Assembly: GCA_964429195.1 (NCBI GenBank)
Contig: CAYSBC010000001.1
Location: forward strand, 2,150 to 66,149
Source: an uncultured Eubacteriales bacterium
Lineage (GTDB): Bacteria > Bacillota > Clostridia > Peptostreptococcales > JAAYPU01
Length of the DNA: 64,000 bases
Reading direction: 5' to 3'
Shown: positions 28,293 through 39,085 of the stretch, in pieces
How the letters are laid out: the number at the start of each line of letters is the position of its first letter
Position numbering within the stretch: position 1 is the first letter of the stretch
Position numbers and translations under genes: made by a program
Notes under the pieces: generated by a model
Seen by the model: only the letters and a program-made list of their open reading frames with translations
Told to the model about the DNA's origin: nothing
The model's database searches: none

Positions 28293-29792
28293 TCAAATAT
28301 CGTGCAGTTCTTTAAGTGCAAATGCTATGCCACAGGCAATATCGCCAGCTATTAATCCGTATTCGCCTACTTTTTCTGCCATGATATCTCCGCTTCTTCC
28401 ATGAAGATAAACACCTGATATAACGGCCTTATCCATTTCTTGAATTTGCCCACATAGAGATACCAATATTCCAGTTAATACATCACCGCTCCCCCCTGTT
28501 GCCATGCCCGGGTTTCCTGTTATATTTATGTATACTGTTCCATCAGGAAATGCAATAACAGATCTGGCCCCTTTGATAATAACTGTAATGCGCCATTTTT
28601 GAGAATAGAATCTTCCTGTTTCTATTATGTTTTCATTTATCTCTTTTATACTTAGACCTGTCAATTTTGCCATCTCACCCGGATGAGGTGTGATAACTAT
28701 TTTATTATTTTTTGAAAATATTGCCTCCGCATTCTTGCCTATGATGTTTAAAGCATCTGCATCCAAAATGATGGGGCCATCATATTTTCCCACAATGTTA
28801 TCTATCCAATATAGAAGGCCTTGGTTTTTGCCCAACCCCGGACCAATAGCAATGGAAGAATAATCATTAATTTTTTCTTCAATTTCCTTAAAGGGCAAAG
28901 TCATTGCTTCAGGAACGCTGACCTGGAGGATATCATTGATGGATTCTCCGACTCCTATTGTTACGAGTCCTGCACCACTCCTAAGGGCTGCCTTGGCTGA
29001 CAAAACAGCGGCTCCCGCCATTCCCCTCGAACCTGCTACTATCAGGACCTTGCCATATGTTCCTTTGTGAGTATTTTTCATTCTTTTCGGGATACTCTTT
29101 TGAACTTGAGCATGGTTTATTAAAAATGTACGGATATGCATTTCATCCATAGCCTTTTTTTCAAGACCAATATCCTTAATCACGATTTGACCTACATAGT
29201 CTGCGCCGGGATATAAGATTAATCCTATTTTAGGAAGACCAAAGGTTATGGTCTTAAAAGCCTTGATAGCAGCTCCATACACTTTGCCGTCATCAGAACC
29301 TAAACCTGAGGGAATATCAACTGAAAAAACTTTTTTCCCGGCCTTATTCACTGCATGAATGATTTTTTCAAGGTCTGCATCCACATCTCTGCTGATACCC
29401 GTACCCAAAATAGCATCCACAATAATCTCTGATTCCACAATATCTTTTATAAAGCTCTCTTGGTATAGGTCTTTCACCTCAACACCTAAATCGATTAATC
29501 TTTCGTAATTATATCGCACATCTCCTTCCAATAAATTGGGATCTGTAGTTGAGTAAACATAGGTGTATGTGTTTTTTTCTATGAGTTTTCGGGCTATCAC
29601 ATAGCCATCACCGCCGTTATTTCCTTTTCCGCAAATGACAGTAATTTTAGTGCTATCATCATGAAACTGATTCATGATTTCCTCATACACAGAAGTTCCG
29701 GCAGTTTCCATAAGTTCAAGGCTTGATTTACCATATTTTTCGATTGAAAGTCTGTCAATTTCTTTCATTTCTTTTCCTTTAACCAGTCGCAT
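28293..29792 (-). CDS. nnr: Bifunctional NAD(P)H-hydrate repair enzyme (epimerase/dehydratase)
   Basis: 499 aa. YjeF N-terminal domain (GKGNNGGDG) fused to a carbohydrate-kinase-like C-terminal domain (GGSGDVLTG). Confidence 0.9.
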   Translation of the reverse strand: MRLVKGKEMKEIDRLSIEKYGKSSLELMETAGTSVYEEIMNQFHDDSTKITVICGKGNNGGDGYVIARKLIEKNTYTYVYSTTDPNLLEGDVRYNYERLIDLGVEVKDLYQESFIKDIVESEIIVDAILGTGISRDVDADLEKIIHAVNKAGKKVFSVDIPSGLGSDDGKVYGAAIKAFKTITFGLPKIGLILYPGADYVGQIVIKDIGLEKKAMDEMHIRTFLINHAQVQKSIPKRMKNTHKGTYGKVLIVAGSRGMAGAAVLSAKAALRSGAGLVTIGVGESINDILQVSVPEAMTLPFKEIEEKINDYSSIAIGPGLGKNQGLLYWIDNIVGKYDGPIILDADALNIIGKNAEAIFSKNNKIVITPHPGEMAKLTGLSIKEINENIIETGRFYSQKWRITVIIKGARSVIAFPDGTVYINITGNPGMATGGSGDVLTGILVSLCGQIQEMDKAVISGVYLHGRSGDIMAEKVGEYGLIAGDIACGIAFALKELHDI

Positions 29793-29826
29793 AGCACTTC
29801 CTCCCTCTTATCCTTATTATGGATGT

Positions 29827-30198
29827 TCATTCACCTATGGCAAAGGCAATAGCATATTCCTTGCTGTGGGATATGGACAAATGTACCGATAGAATATCTT
29901 GATCGCAAGCTAGTTTGAAGGCCTCTCCAGAAAGATTGACATAAGGCTTTCCAAGATAATCTCTTAGTACCTCGATGTCCTTAAAAGAAATACCCCGAAA
30001 GCCTATGCCCAGTACCTTCATAACAGCTTCTTTCGATGCAAATCCGGCTGCAATGGATTCTGTTCTAAAATTATTTTCCTTATAATATTCCCATTCTCTA
30101 TCCGAAAAAACCTTTCTCATAAAGGTTTCCTTATTTTTATTGATAATATGCCCAATACGTTTAATTTCAACTATATCTGTACCGATTCCTTTAATCAT
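29827..30198 (-). CDS. acpS: Holo-[acyl-carrier-protein] synthase
   Basis: 123 aa with 'GIGTDIVEIKRI' and 'FASKEAVMKVLG' motifs. Confidence 0.95.
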   Translation of the reverse strand: MIKGIGTDIVEIKRIGHIINKNKETFMRKVFSDREWEYYKENNFRTESIAAGFASKEAVMKVLGIGFRGISFKDIEVLRDYLGKPYVNLSGEAFKLACDQDILSVHLSISHSKEYAIAFAIGE

Positions 30199-30494
30199 AT
30201 AATCTCACCTGACTCTTTAAGAGTATTGTCTGCATTCCGTCATAAAACATGCCGCTGATATTTCAGCCTTTACTGATTATATCTTAACGCACCCATCAAT
30301 GCAATGTATCACCCATTGATTTGCTAATGTTCTTGACATCATAAGAAGTATAATTTAGCACTTGTTTAAGGATTTTTATTGTAGTAAGATATCTATAAAT
30401 ATCTTACGCCTATCAAGAGTAAAAGTTAAGTGTATACTTCTTAGACAAGATATATATTCTTATGGATAGTTAAATATAAAAGGAGGCTTTAAGA

Positions 30495-32156
30495 ATGAGA
30501 AGTGATAAAATCAAACAAGGTCCTGTAGGTGCCCCCTTAAGAGCACTGTTTTATGGGATGGGCTTTACAAAAGAAGAAATTGATAAGCCTTTAATAGGTG
30601 TTGTTAATGCTCATAATGAAATCATTCCGGGACATATGCATCTCAATAATATTGCTGAAGCTGTTAAAAAAGGTATTCTGATGTCAGGTGGCACCCCCTT
30701 GGAATTTCCTTCTATCGGTATCTGTGATGGTATAGCTATGGGGCACGAAGGTATGCGATTTCCCTTGGCAAGCAGAGAACTTATAGCAGATTCCATCGAA
30801 GCAGTAGCTCAAGGACATCAATTTGATGGATTAGTTCTTATCCCAAATTGTGATAAAATTATTCCGGGTATGCTGATGGCTGCAGCCAGACTTAACATAC
30901 CATCTATCGTCATCAGCGGTGGACCTATGCGCCCAGGTAAAATGGGAGATACAAAATTGGATTTTACCAGCATCATTGAGGCAGTTGGTTCTTACAAAGA
31001 CGGACAATTTACAGATGATGAGCTGGAAGACGTTGCACTTCATACCTGCCCGGGCTGCGGTTCCTGTGCCGGCCTCTTTACTGCTAACAGCATGAATTGT
31101 TTAACAGAAGTACTAGGTATGGGCCTTCCTTTTAATGGAACTGCCTTATCGGATACGGCCGAAAGAATCCGATTAGCAAAAATGGCGGGGCAAAAAATAA
31201 TGGCCCTCGTGGAAAAAGATATTAAACCTCGAGATATACTGACACTCAAATCCTTTGAAAATGCAATAACCGTAGATATGTCCATGGCAGGTTCGACCAA
31301 TACAGTCCTTCATCTGCCGGCTATTGCTCATGAAGCGGACATTTCTTTAGAGCTTGATTTGTTTGATGCTATTAGTGAAAAAACACCTTACCTTAGCAAG
31401 TTAAGCCCAAGCGGTTCCTATCATATAGCTGATTTACATGATGCAGGTGGTATTCCGGCCTTGATGAATGAACTCACTAAAAGTAATTTAATTCATACAG
31501 ATTGTTTAACTGTAACAGGCTCTACAATCGGTGAAAATATTGCCGGTCATGCTATTTTAAATTCAGATGTTATCAAAGATATAAACAAGCCTCATCGAAA
31601 TAAAGGCGGCTTAGCTATCCTCAAAGGCAATTTAGCAGTGGATGGTGCTGTTGTCAAAGAATCTGCTGTAGATGAAGAAATGCTTGTTCACTCAGGTCCG
31701 GCTGTTATATTCGACTCTGAAGAAACTGCGGTAGCTGCAATATTCAATAAAGAAATCAAAAAAGGCGATGTTGTTGTCATCCGATACGAAGGTCCAAAGG
31801 GAGGCCCTGGTATGAAAGAAATGCTTTCTCCAACCTCTGCTATTATTGGAATGGGTCTTGGAAAGGATGTCGCTTTGCTGACTGACGGAAGATTTTCCGG
31901 CGCAACTCGTGGCGCTGCCATCGGCCATATTTCCCCGGAAGCCATGGAAGGCGGGCTTATTGGCCTCATAAAAAATGGCGATATGATCCACATTGATATT
32001 CCTAACCGAGTATTAGAAGTGGACTTAACAGATGAAGAAATCGCTAAAAGAAAAGAAGCCTATGTCAAACCGGAACCTAAGGTGAAAACAGGATATCTGG
32101 CACGTTATGCTAAACTTGTTACTTCAGCCAATACGGGAGCAGTATTAAAAGCATAA
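30495..32156 (+). CDS. ilvD: Dihydroxy-acid dehydratase
   Basis: 553 aa with '[14 protein letters not shown]', 'CPGCGSCAG' (Fe-S ligands) and '[12 protein letters not shown]'. AAGGAGG RBS. Confidence 0.97.
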   Translation: MRSDKIKQGPVGAPLRALFYGMGFTKEEIDKPLIGVVNAHNEIIPGHMHLNNIAEAVKKGILMSGGTPLEFPSIGICDGIAMGHEGMRFPLASRELIADSIEAVAQGHQFDGLVLIPNCDKIIPGMLMAAARLNIPSIVISGGPMRPGKMGDTKLDFTSIIEAVGSYKDGQFTDDELEDVALHTCPGCGSCAGLFTANSMNCLTEVLGMGLPFNGTALSDTAERIRLAKMAGQKIMALVEKDIKPRDILTLKSFENAITVDMSMAGSTNTVLHLPAIAHEADISLELDLFDAISEKTPYLSKLSPSGSYHIADLHDAGGIPALMNELTKSNLIHTDCLTVTGSTIGENIAGHAILNSDVIKDINKPHRNKGGLAILKGNLAVDGAVVKESAVDEEMLVHSGPAVIFDSEETAVAAIFNKEIKKGDVVVIRYEGPKGGPGMKEMLSPTSAIIGMGLGKDVALLTDGRFSGATRGAAIGHISPEAMEGGLIGLIKNGDMIHIDIPNRVLEVDLTDEEIAKRKEAYVKPEPKVKTGYLARYAKLVTSANTGAVLKA

Positions 32157-32172
32157 TCAAAAAATAAAAGAG

Positions 32173-32214
32173 CCGGTCCACTATAAACAAATTTTTATGG
32201 TGGACCGGTTTTAA
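32173..32214 (+). terminator. Rho-independent terminator of ilvD
   Basis: CCGGTCCAC (32173..32181) pairs with GTGGACCGG (32200..32208), followed by TTTT. Confidence 0.75.
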
Positions 32215-32311
32215 ATTTGGATGCATGTTTTTTATAATACCTGAAATACTAATAGTGGAAAGGAAAATAGATAATGAGCCTTACTTAAAAGTTCATTATT
32301 GAGGTCATAAT

Positions 32312-33280
32312 ATGAGAAAAAACCATTTAAAACTTTGTTTGTTCCTCTTAATTTTGATGAGCTTTGTTCTATGTGCATGTCAAAAAGAAAAAGAAGAGGA
32401 GGAAATGGAAAAGGAAAACTCAAGATTACCGCAAACCTTAGAACAGGTTGAGGAGTTAAGTGAAGAGATTGTTAATTCTACCATGAAAAAAGATTGGGCT
32501 AAAAGCACACAAAAGGTAAAAGAATTACATTCAAAATGGAATGAATTCTATCCCGAAGCTCAGAAAAAAGGTCTGTCAAAGGATAAAACAGATGCATTTA
32601 ATGCAGATCTCAATCAATTAACAGGCTTATTGATTACAAAAACCTTAAGTATAACCGGGAAGGACTTTGCCGAAGACTATATTAAGCAACAGGAAAATCA
32701 AGACACTCAGGACGACCAAACGCAAAATCAAGAATCCCAAGATAACCAAGAACATACAAACTCTGAAGATCAAAAACATAATGAACAACAAAACTCTGGT
32801 GAGAATCCAGCAGAAAGAAATGATGAAAATCAAGATAAAAATTCTAAGGAAAAAGAAATGGATCCAAGGGAGGTCATTATCGAAACTGCCCCTTTAGCCT
32901 TAGCCAACGAAGATGAGCTCATCATTGTTAATGCAAGTATTCAAGTTACCAAGCATGTACCTGTTTTTATGTCTTTATTTGAGGGTAAAATTCCACCCGA
33001 TGCACTTAAATTGAAATATTTGATTCGTCATATCGATATCTCATCTCAACTACAAAAATGGGATCTTGCCTCTGAGGATATGTCAGAAGCCCTAGAAACC
33101 TGGATATATGTTCAACCTAAGGTTATTGAATTAAAAGACACCTTGGGAATTCAAATTCAACAGGGCCTCACTGAACTCGCTGAAGTCGTCTCACTCAAAG
33201 ACCCTACTCTTATTCATATTAAGAGCAGTATTGTTATAAAAAACCTTGAAGATACGATTGACGAATTTAAAAACAAGTAG
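32312..33280 (+). CDS. Hypothetical lipoprotein with a Q/D/N/E-rich low-complexity linker
   Basis: 322 aa. Signal peptide with a lipobox-like 'FVLCAC'. An acidic low-complexity stretch covers residues about 125-185. Confidence 0.65.
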   Translation: MRKNHLKLCLFLLILMSFVLCACQKEKEEEEMEKENSRLPQTLEQVEELSEEIVNSTMKKDWAKSTQKVKELHSKWNEFYPEAQKKGLSKDKTDAFNADLNQLTGLLITKTLSITGKDFAEDYIKQQENQDTQDDQTQNQESQDNQEHTNSEDQKHNEQQNSGENPAERNDENQDKNSKEKEMDPREVIIETAPLALANEDELIIVNASIQVTKHVPVFMSLFEGKIPPDALKLKYLIRHIDISSQLQKWDLASEDMSEALETWIYVQPKVIELKDTLGIQIQQGLTELAEVVSLKDPTLIHIKSSIVIKNLEDTIDEFKNK

Positions 33281-33308
33281 TCTTGACATGATTTTACTTT
33301 CTTTTCGT

Positions 33309-36300
33309 TTAGTGTATTTTTATACTTTTTCCTATAGAGAATAAATAGAGGTAGACTTCCTTAACTTTAATATTCTTGATATCCTCTAAGGCCTCTTTAT
33401 AGAGAGCAAGTTGTATGGCGTACTTTTCTTGAACGTCCTGTATTGTCTTACCTTTTATTGTCGATATAAAATCACTTTTATAATCTATTAAAACATAGCC
33501 ATCCTTTTCTTTAAAATAGCAATCTATTGTCCCCTGTACCATGATGTCATCCTGACTTATTGCATGTTGATTCATGATTTGATTGGCAGGTTTTCTCAGG
33601 TTAAAAGGGATCTCTCGGTATACTTCCTGTGAATTTTTCATCCTTCGCCCAATAGCCGAATCAAAAAATTGGAGGATGCTAGGAATATCTACAATATCGG
33701 CCTCTTCTTGCCTTAAAATTTCCTTCTTTATCATTTCTCTCATCTGTTCTTTGATTTGCTCCAGGCCGTCTGTTTGATGGATATGAATATGTTGCATGAC
33801 TTTATGTATGAAGATTCCTTTTTCCATAGCTGTATATTGATGAGAATCCGCAACAAATAAAGGTTCTGGTGTTCTCATAGGCATATCCATTTCTTCAAAA
33901 ATGACTTCTTTGGAGAGTAGCCTTCTGACCTCTGTAACTGTCATTTTTGAAGGTAATTTGTAAGCACTTTTATAAGGATATTGCCAGTTTAATTTGTCCT
34001 CTATCTCTTGAGAAGGACCTACATCCCATCCTGAAAAAAACAATTTCTTTATCTTTTCCTTTGCAGACTTTTGTTGCTTAACCTTCTCCTCTATGGAACT
34101 GCTTGAAATCATATGTATCTCCCATTGAGAATTTTCAGGATCCTTATAATCCATAACGACTATTTCTTCCTCTAACTCCTGAAAATATTTTCCGCAATCC
34201 TTATGCTTCACTAAGAGAGGCATGATAAAATCCAAATAATTGTTCGCTTCATAAACGAAGTCCTCATCCTTAACCTGCCACCTGACAAAGGCTTTCTCAA
34301 TATCGGGCACGGTACCTACACATATAAGCATGTCCTTGGCCCGTGTCATTGCAACGTACAATATTCTCAGTTCTTCCTCCATCATTTCCTTTTCATGCCG
34401 TTTTTTTATGACCTTTTCTATCCATGTTTCTGTATAGGCGTTTATTTCAGGCTCAACGTAGCGCATACCTATCCCTATCTCTCGATTGAAGATAACCTTG
34501 GATGTTGATGCCGATCTTTTGTTAATCATCTTTCCTAAACCGCCCAGGATAACTATTGGAAATTCCAATCCTTTACTTTTATGAATGCTCATCAATTTAA
34601 CAATATTCTCATTTTGGTCGATGACCTTAGCAACATTGATATCAAATCCAAATTTTTTCGATTCCTCTATAAATTTTAAGAACTGTACTAAGCCGCCCCT
34701 ATGGGTATCCTCGAACTGTTTCGCCTTTTCTAAAAGAGATAATATATTGCCTTGCCTTTTCCCGTAACCAGGTAATGCACTGATGTATAAATAAAAACCT
34801 GTTTCCTGAAGTATCTTCCATAAAAGATCATCCACTCTCATATAAGTACTATACTTTTGCCAGCGCTCAACTTGCAACATAAAATCATTACATTTCTCGG
34901 CTAATATCCTGTTCTCACCCCATAAAATATATCCCTCAAGAGCTTTGAAAAACTTAACATTTTTATCAAACAACCTGATATTTACGATTTCCTCCGTTGT
35001 AAACTCTCCTATAGGGGATCTCATAATGCTCAATAAAGGTATGTCCTGTTTTTTATTATTTGTTAATTCAATTAAATTCAAAATAATACCTATCTCTATT
35101 GTTTCAAAAAAAGATTCTGAACTATCCACATAAATAGGAATATTTTTCTTTCCTAAGACTTCTTCATAGATAGGAGCCCACCCCTTGACTGTTCGAAGAA
35201 GTATAACGATATCACTGTAACGGACTTTTCTTTCTGCGCCTATCTTAGTATCGAAAATAACCGTGTCTATAAGGGCTTCAATCCTTTCCCCTACCTTTAA
35301 GGCTTCCACCTCTGCCTTCATCATGTCTTTGATGGCTTCATCCATTGTTGGATTCTTTTCATTATGTTCAATGATTGCCACTTCAATAGGACTATCATAC
35401 CTTTTATCATAGCTTATCCCCTTATAAAGGTAAGCGTCTTTATCGTATTCCAAATCACCCAAATCCTTTTTCATGAGTTGGGAAAACAAATAGTTAATAC
35501 CATTAATAATCAAATCTTTGCTCCTGAAATTTTGGTTCAAATCAATTTTCAAGTTCGTCAGACCTTGGTCTTCTTTATAGGCCTCATATTTTTTGATAAA
35601 CAATCCCGGATCGGCTAATCGGAAACGATAGATGCTCTGTTTGACATCCCCCACCATAAACAGATTGTCGCTCCGTTTGATGGAATTGATAATCGTTTCT
35701 TGGACAATGTTGCTATCCTGATACTCATCTACAAAAATATACTGATATTTTCTTCTGTAGGTATCCGCAATGGACTTGTCCTCCAACAATTGGATTGTTA
35801 AATGCTCTAAATCATTAAAGTCAAGCAAGTTCTTCTCTCTTTTTTTCTCCATAAAAATCTCATGGAATTCTTCAACCATATGTAACAATTCCTTGGCATA
35901 AGGATAAACATGGGTAAGGTCTTCAACATATTCTGCAATCGTTTTGGAAGCGAAAGTCTTTTCAATATTTTTAATTGTATTCTTCACTTCTTCTCTCAAT
36001 TTTTTTACCATGGTCTTGCTTGCTTCTGTCACAGAATCATCCTTTTTAGCAGGCAATCTCATCCAACTCACTTTGTTGTTACAAAGGGATTCAAAATCGT
36101 TATCCCTTAGTTTTTTCTTAAAGTCTGCTACCTGCTGCAAATCATCTTTCAAAGCCTCCGCATAAAAATAAGGACCTTGGGGTGAATTTGCAATACAAAT
36201 TGCCCTTTCAGTAACATCTTCAATTTTTCTGAGCTCAAGAATAAGACCTTTCTTATATTGAGTAAATAGATCGCTTTCTATAAAATCTTTCTCATCTGTG

Positions 36301-36893
36301 TTCATCTTTTCAATGGATTCTTTGAGCCAGGATAATGGATTGGGTATACTTTGAATAAATGTATAGGTTTCCATAATCATGTCCTTTATGCCATTGTAAC
36401 TTTTTTCATTACAATATCTATCCAATAACCCAATAAAAAGAGTATGATTTTCTTCGAATTTTTTTTCCAACAACTCGTTAAATGCTTCATTCTCTAATAT
36501 GCTCTTTTGGGCCTCATCACATATTTTAAAATTCGGTTCCAGGTTGATAGCATAAAAATTCTTTCTAAGCACCTCTATACAAAAAGAATGGAAAGTACTT
36601 ATATTGGCAAGATAGATTAAATCCAGCTGTTTATTTAAAAATCTTTCCGCTCCATCGTTACCTTGGCTTAATTCGTCGGATAGGACTTTATAGATTCGCT
36701 CACGCATTTCTCCCGCTGCTGCATTTGTAAAAGTCAATATGAGCATTCGATCTATATCCATTTTATCCTTAAGCATCAACTGTTTGATACGCTCTACAAG
36801 TACAGCTGTTTTACCGGATCCGGCGGCAGCTGAAACCAGAATATTCTTTCCTCTTTCTTCAATTGCTAAGCTTTGTTTCTCTGACCATTTCAT
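33309..36893 (-). CDS. addA: AddA-type ATP-dependent helicase/nuclease (UvrD/PcrA-like helicase with C-terminal RecB-family nuclease)
   Basis: 'VSAAAGSGKTAVL' Walker A, 'FVDEYQDSN', and the C-terminal nuclease motif 'QGTIDCYF...VLIDYKSD'. The start was moved to M21 (36893), which has an AAGGAG RBS; the ORF-track start is 36953. Confidence 0.85.
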   Translation of the reverse strand: MKWSEKQSLAIEERGKNILVSAAAGSGKTAVLVERIKQLMLKDKMDIDRMLILTFTNAAAGEMRERIYKVLSDELSQGNDGAERFLNKQLDLIYLANISTFHSFCIEVLRKNFYAINLEPNFKICDEAQKSILENEAFNELLEKKFEENHTLFIGLLDRYCNEKSYNGIKDMIMETYTFIQSIPNPLSWLKESIEKMNTDEKDFIESDLFTQYKKGLILELRKIEDVTERAICIANSPQGPYFYAEALKDDLQQVADFKKKLRDNDFESLCNNKVSWMRLPAKKDDSVTEASKTMVKKLREEVKNTIKNIEKTFASKTIAEYVEDLTHVYPYAKELLHMVEEFHEIFMEKKREKNLLDFNDLEHLTIQLLEDKSIADTYRRKYQYIFVDEYQDSNIVQETIINSIKRSDNLFMVGDVKQSIYRFRLADPGLFIKKYEAYKEDQGLTNLKIDLNQNFRSKDLIINGINYLFSQLMKKDLGDLEYDKDAYLYKGISYDKRYDSPIEVAIIEHNEKNPTMDEAIKDMMKAEVEALKVGERIEALIDTVIFDTKIGAERKVRYSDIVILLRTVKGWAPIYEEVLGKKNIPIYVDSSESFFETIEIGIILNLIELTNNKKQDIPLLSIMRSPIGEFTTEEIVNIRLFDKNVKFFKALEGYILWGENRILAEKCNDFMLQVERWQKYSTYMRVDDLLWKILQETGFYLYISALPGYGKRQGNILSLLEKAKQFEDTHRGGLVQFLKFIEESKKFGFDINVAKVIDQNENIVKLMSIHKSKGLEFPIVILGGLGKMINKRSASTSKVIFNREIGIGMRYVEPEINAYTETWIEKVIKKRHEKEMMEEELRILYVAMTRAKDMLICVGTVPDIEKAFVRWQVKDEDFVYEANNYLDFIMPLLVKHKDCGKYFQELEEEIVVMDYKDPENSQWEIHMISSSSIEEKVKQQKSAKEKIKKLFFSGWDVGPSQEIEDKLNWQYPYKSAYKLPSKMTVTEVRRLLSKEVIFEEMDMPMRTPEPLFVADSHQYTAMEKGIFIHKVMQHIHIHQTDGLEQIKEQMREMIKKEILRQEEADIVDIPSILQFFDSAIGRRMKNSQEVYREIPFNLRKPANQIMNQHAISQDDIMVQGTIDCYFKEKDGYVLIDYKSDFISTIKGKTIQDVQEKYAIQLALYKEALEDIKNIKVKEVYLYLFSIGKSIKIH

Positions 36894-37015
36894 GACTTTA
36901 TCTTCTCCTTTAGCTATACCTTGATTATATAGTATTTGCCTTCTTCCTTCCATTGATTTTTCATAAGGATTGTGATAAATTGTTACGGTAGATAGAATAG
37001 AAAAGGGGTACTCTT

Positions 37016-38572
37016 ATGCGTAAAAATACTGTACTAATTGTGTTGGACGGTTTTGGAATCAATTGTCCTGAAAATAAAGATCAAGATGCTATTCAATCAG
37101 CTGTAACACCTACATTCGATAAATTGATGGCAAAATACCCGCATTCTCTTTTGAAGGCCAGTGGTGAAAGTGTTGGACTTCCGGAAGGTCAAATGGGTAA
37201 TTCCGAGGTAGGCCATCTTAATATAGGTTCTGGAAGAATTGTTTATCAGGAATTCACCCGTATCAGTAAATCCATAAGAGAAGGTGATTTCTTTTCAAAG
37301 GATGCTTTCTTAGAAGCCATTGACCATGTGAAAAAGCACGGCTCTTCGCTTCACTTATTTGGACTTCTTTCAGATGGTGGTGTGCACAGTCATATAACCC
37401 ATCTCATGGCTTTACTAGATTTGGCTAAATTACAAGGTCTATCTAAGGTATATGTTCATGGTTTCTTAGATGGACGAGATGTTCCACCAAGGTCTGCCTT
37501 AACCTATATTCAAAGTTTGCAAGACCATATGGAAAGAATTAATTTGGGGAAAATAGCCACCTTGTCCGGAAGATACTATGCCATGGACAGAGATAATCGT
37601 TGGGATCGTGTGAAATTAGCCTATGATGCTATAGCCCAGGGTCAAGGAGTTACCGCACCTTCTGCGGAAGATGCCATCCATAGGAGCTATTCCCTTAATG
37701 AAACAGATGAATTTCTTAAACCCACTATTTTGCTGGATGAAGGACTTCCAACAGCCCTTGTTTCAGAAAACGATGCTATTATCAATTTCAACTTTAGACC
37801 GGATAGAGCCCGTGAAATTACTCGGACTTTTGTTGATAAAGACTTTAATAAGTTTGAAAAGCAATTCGAATTCAATAACTTATGCTATGTCTGCATGACA
37901 CAATACGATGCAACCATGCCCCATGTTCTTGTCGCATATAGGCCACAGGTTTTGATCAATACCTTAGGTGAATACATCGCTTCCCTTGGGCTCAAGCAAT
38001 TAAGAATTGCTGAGACTGAAAAATACGCCCATGTCACATTTTTCTTTAATGGAGGCGTAGAAGCGCCTAATGCCAATGAGGATAGAATACTCATTCCTTC
38101 TCCCAAGGTTGCAACTTATGATTTAAAGCCTTCTATGAGTGCTTTAGAAGTAACAGATAGGGTTATCCATAAGATCAATGAAAATATTTACGACCTTATT
38201 GTCATCAACTTTGCTAATCCTGACATGGTGGGACACACAGGTAATTTTGAAGCAACTGTCAAGGCTATCGAATTTTTAGACACTTGTGTTGATCGAATTG
38301 TTGAAGCTGTTCAAAAAAATAAGGGTGAATTGCTCATTACATCCGATCATGGTAATGCTGACTCCATGATTGATAATCAAGGAAATATCATCACTGCCCA
38401 TTCCTTAAACCCGGTTCCTGTCATCTATGTAACAGATAAGGATGTAGTCTTAGAAGAAGGTTTGCTTGCAGACATTGCCCCTACACTTCTTTCAATAATG
38501 GGGCTACCCATTCCGGCTGAAATGGCAGGGCATTCCTTAATCAAGGAAGCTGCACCGGCTTATTCCTACTAA
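37016..38572 (+). CDS. gpmI: 2,3-bisphosphoglycerate-independent phosphoglycerate mutase
   Basis: 518 aa with 'LIVLDGFG', 'MGNSEVGHLNIGSGR' and 'TSDHGNA'. Confidence 0.95.
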   Translation: MRKNTVLIVLDGFGINCPENKDQDAIQSAVTPTFDKLMAKYPHSLLKASGESVGLPEGQMGNSEVGHLNIGSGRIVYQEFTRISKSIREGDFFSKDAFLEAIDHVKKHGSSLHLFGLLSDGGVHSHITHLMALLDLAKLQGLSKVYVHGFLDGRDVPPRSALTYIQSLQDHMERINLGKIATLSGRYYAMDRDNRWDRVKLAYDAIAQGQGVTAPSAEDAIHRSYSLNETDEFLKPTILLDEGLPTALVSENDAIINFNFRPDRAREITRTFVDKDFNKFEKQFEFNNLCYVCMTQYDATMPHVLVAYRPQVLINTLGEYIASLGLKQLRIAETEKYAHVTFFFNGGVEAPNANEDRILIPSPKVATYDLKPSMSALEVTDRVIHKINENIYDLIVINFANPDMVGHTGNFEATVKAIEFLDTCVDRIVEAVQKNKGELLITSDHGNADSMIDNQGNIITAHSLNPVPVIYVTDKDVVLEEGLLADIAPTLLSIMGLPIPAEMAGHSLIKEAAPAYSY

Positions 38573-38588
38573 AAAAGAGGAGAATAGA

Positions 38589-39002
38589 ATGAATAAAGAG
38601 AAGCAAGAGAAAATAATAAATTTTTTTAAGATGGATAGATTTGCAGCAGTCAACGGAATGAAACTTGTCGAGGTAGATTATGGCTATGCACGAGCTGAAA
38701 TGCGCCTAACGGAAAATCATCTTAATGCAGCTAACCTGATTCAAGGTGGCGCTCTTTTTACATTAGCCGATTTAGCTCTTGCTGCAGCCTGCAATTCTCA
38801 CGGCCAACTCGCCATTACTCTGAATAGCACCATATCTTTCTTGAAGGGCACAAAAGGGAAAATCATAACTGCTGTAGCACGAGAAATAACCGAGCCCAAA
38901 CGCATATCTTATGGAAGCGTAGAGATAAGAGATGAAGATGGAAATTTGATTGCAGAATTTTCAGGAACTGTCTATCGAAAGGATATATCCAATCCTTTTT
39001 AG
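38589..39002 (+). CDS. PaaI-family hotdog-fold thioesterase
   Basis: 137 aa with 'NLIQGGALFTLADLALAAA', typical of the PaaI/YbgC hotdog family. Confidence 0.8.
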   Translation: MNKEKQEKIINFFKMDRFAAVNGMKLVEVDYGYARAEMRLTENHLNAANLIQGGALFTLADLALAAACNSHGQLAITLNSTISFLKGTKGKIITAVAREITEPKRISYGSVEIRDEDGNLIAEFSGTVYRKDISNPF

Positions 39003-39014
39003 CCGAACCGAACT

Positions 39015-39062
39015 AAAAAATCTCTTTTCAGCAGCTTTTTCCTGCGAAAAGAGATTTTTTAT
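39015..39062. terminator. Bidirectional rho-independent terminator between the thioesterase and prsA-like genes
   Basis: AAAAAATCTCTTTTC (39015..39029) pairs with GAAAAGAGATTTTTT (39046..39060). A/T runs sit on both sides. Confidence 0.8.
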
Positions 39063-39085
39063 AGGCGTAAAGGTCTTCTTTTCAA

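Noticed and set aside
30333-30354. A perfect TTGACA (30333..30338) and a perfect TATAAT (30349..30354) upstream of ilvD.
   Set aside because: The two hexamers are only 10 nt apart, far from the 17 nt (give or take 1) needed for one sigma-A promoter. They cannot be called as a single promoter with confidence.
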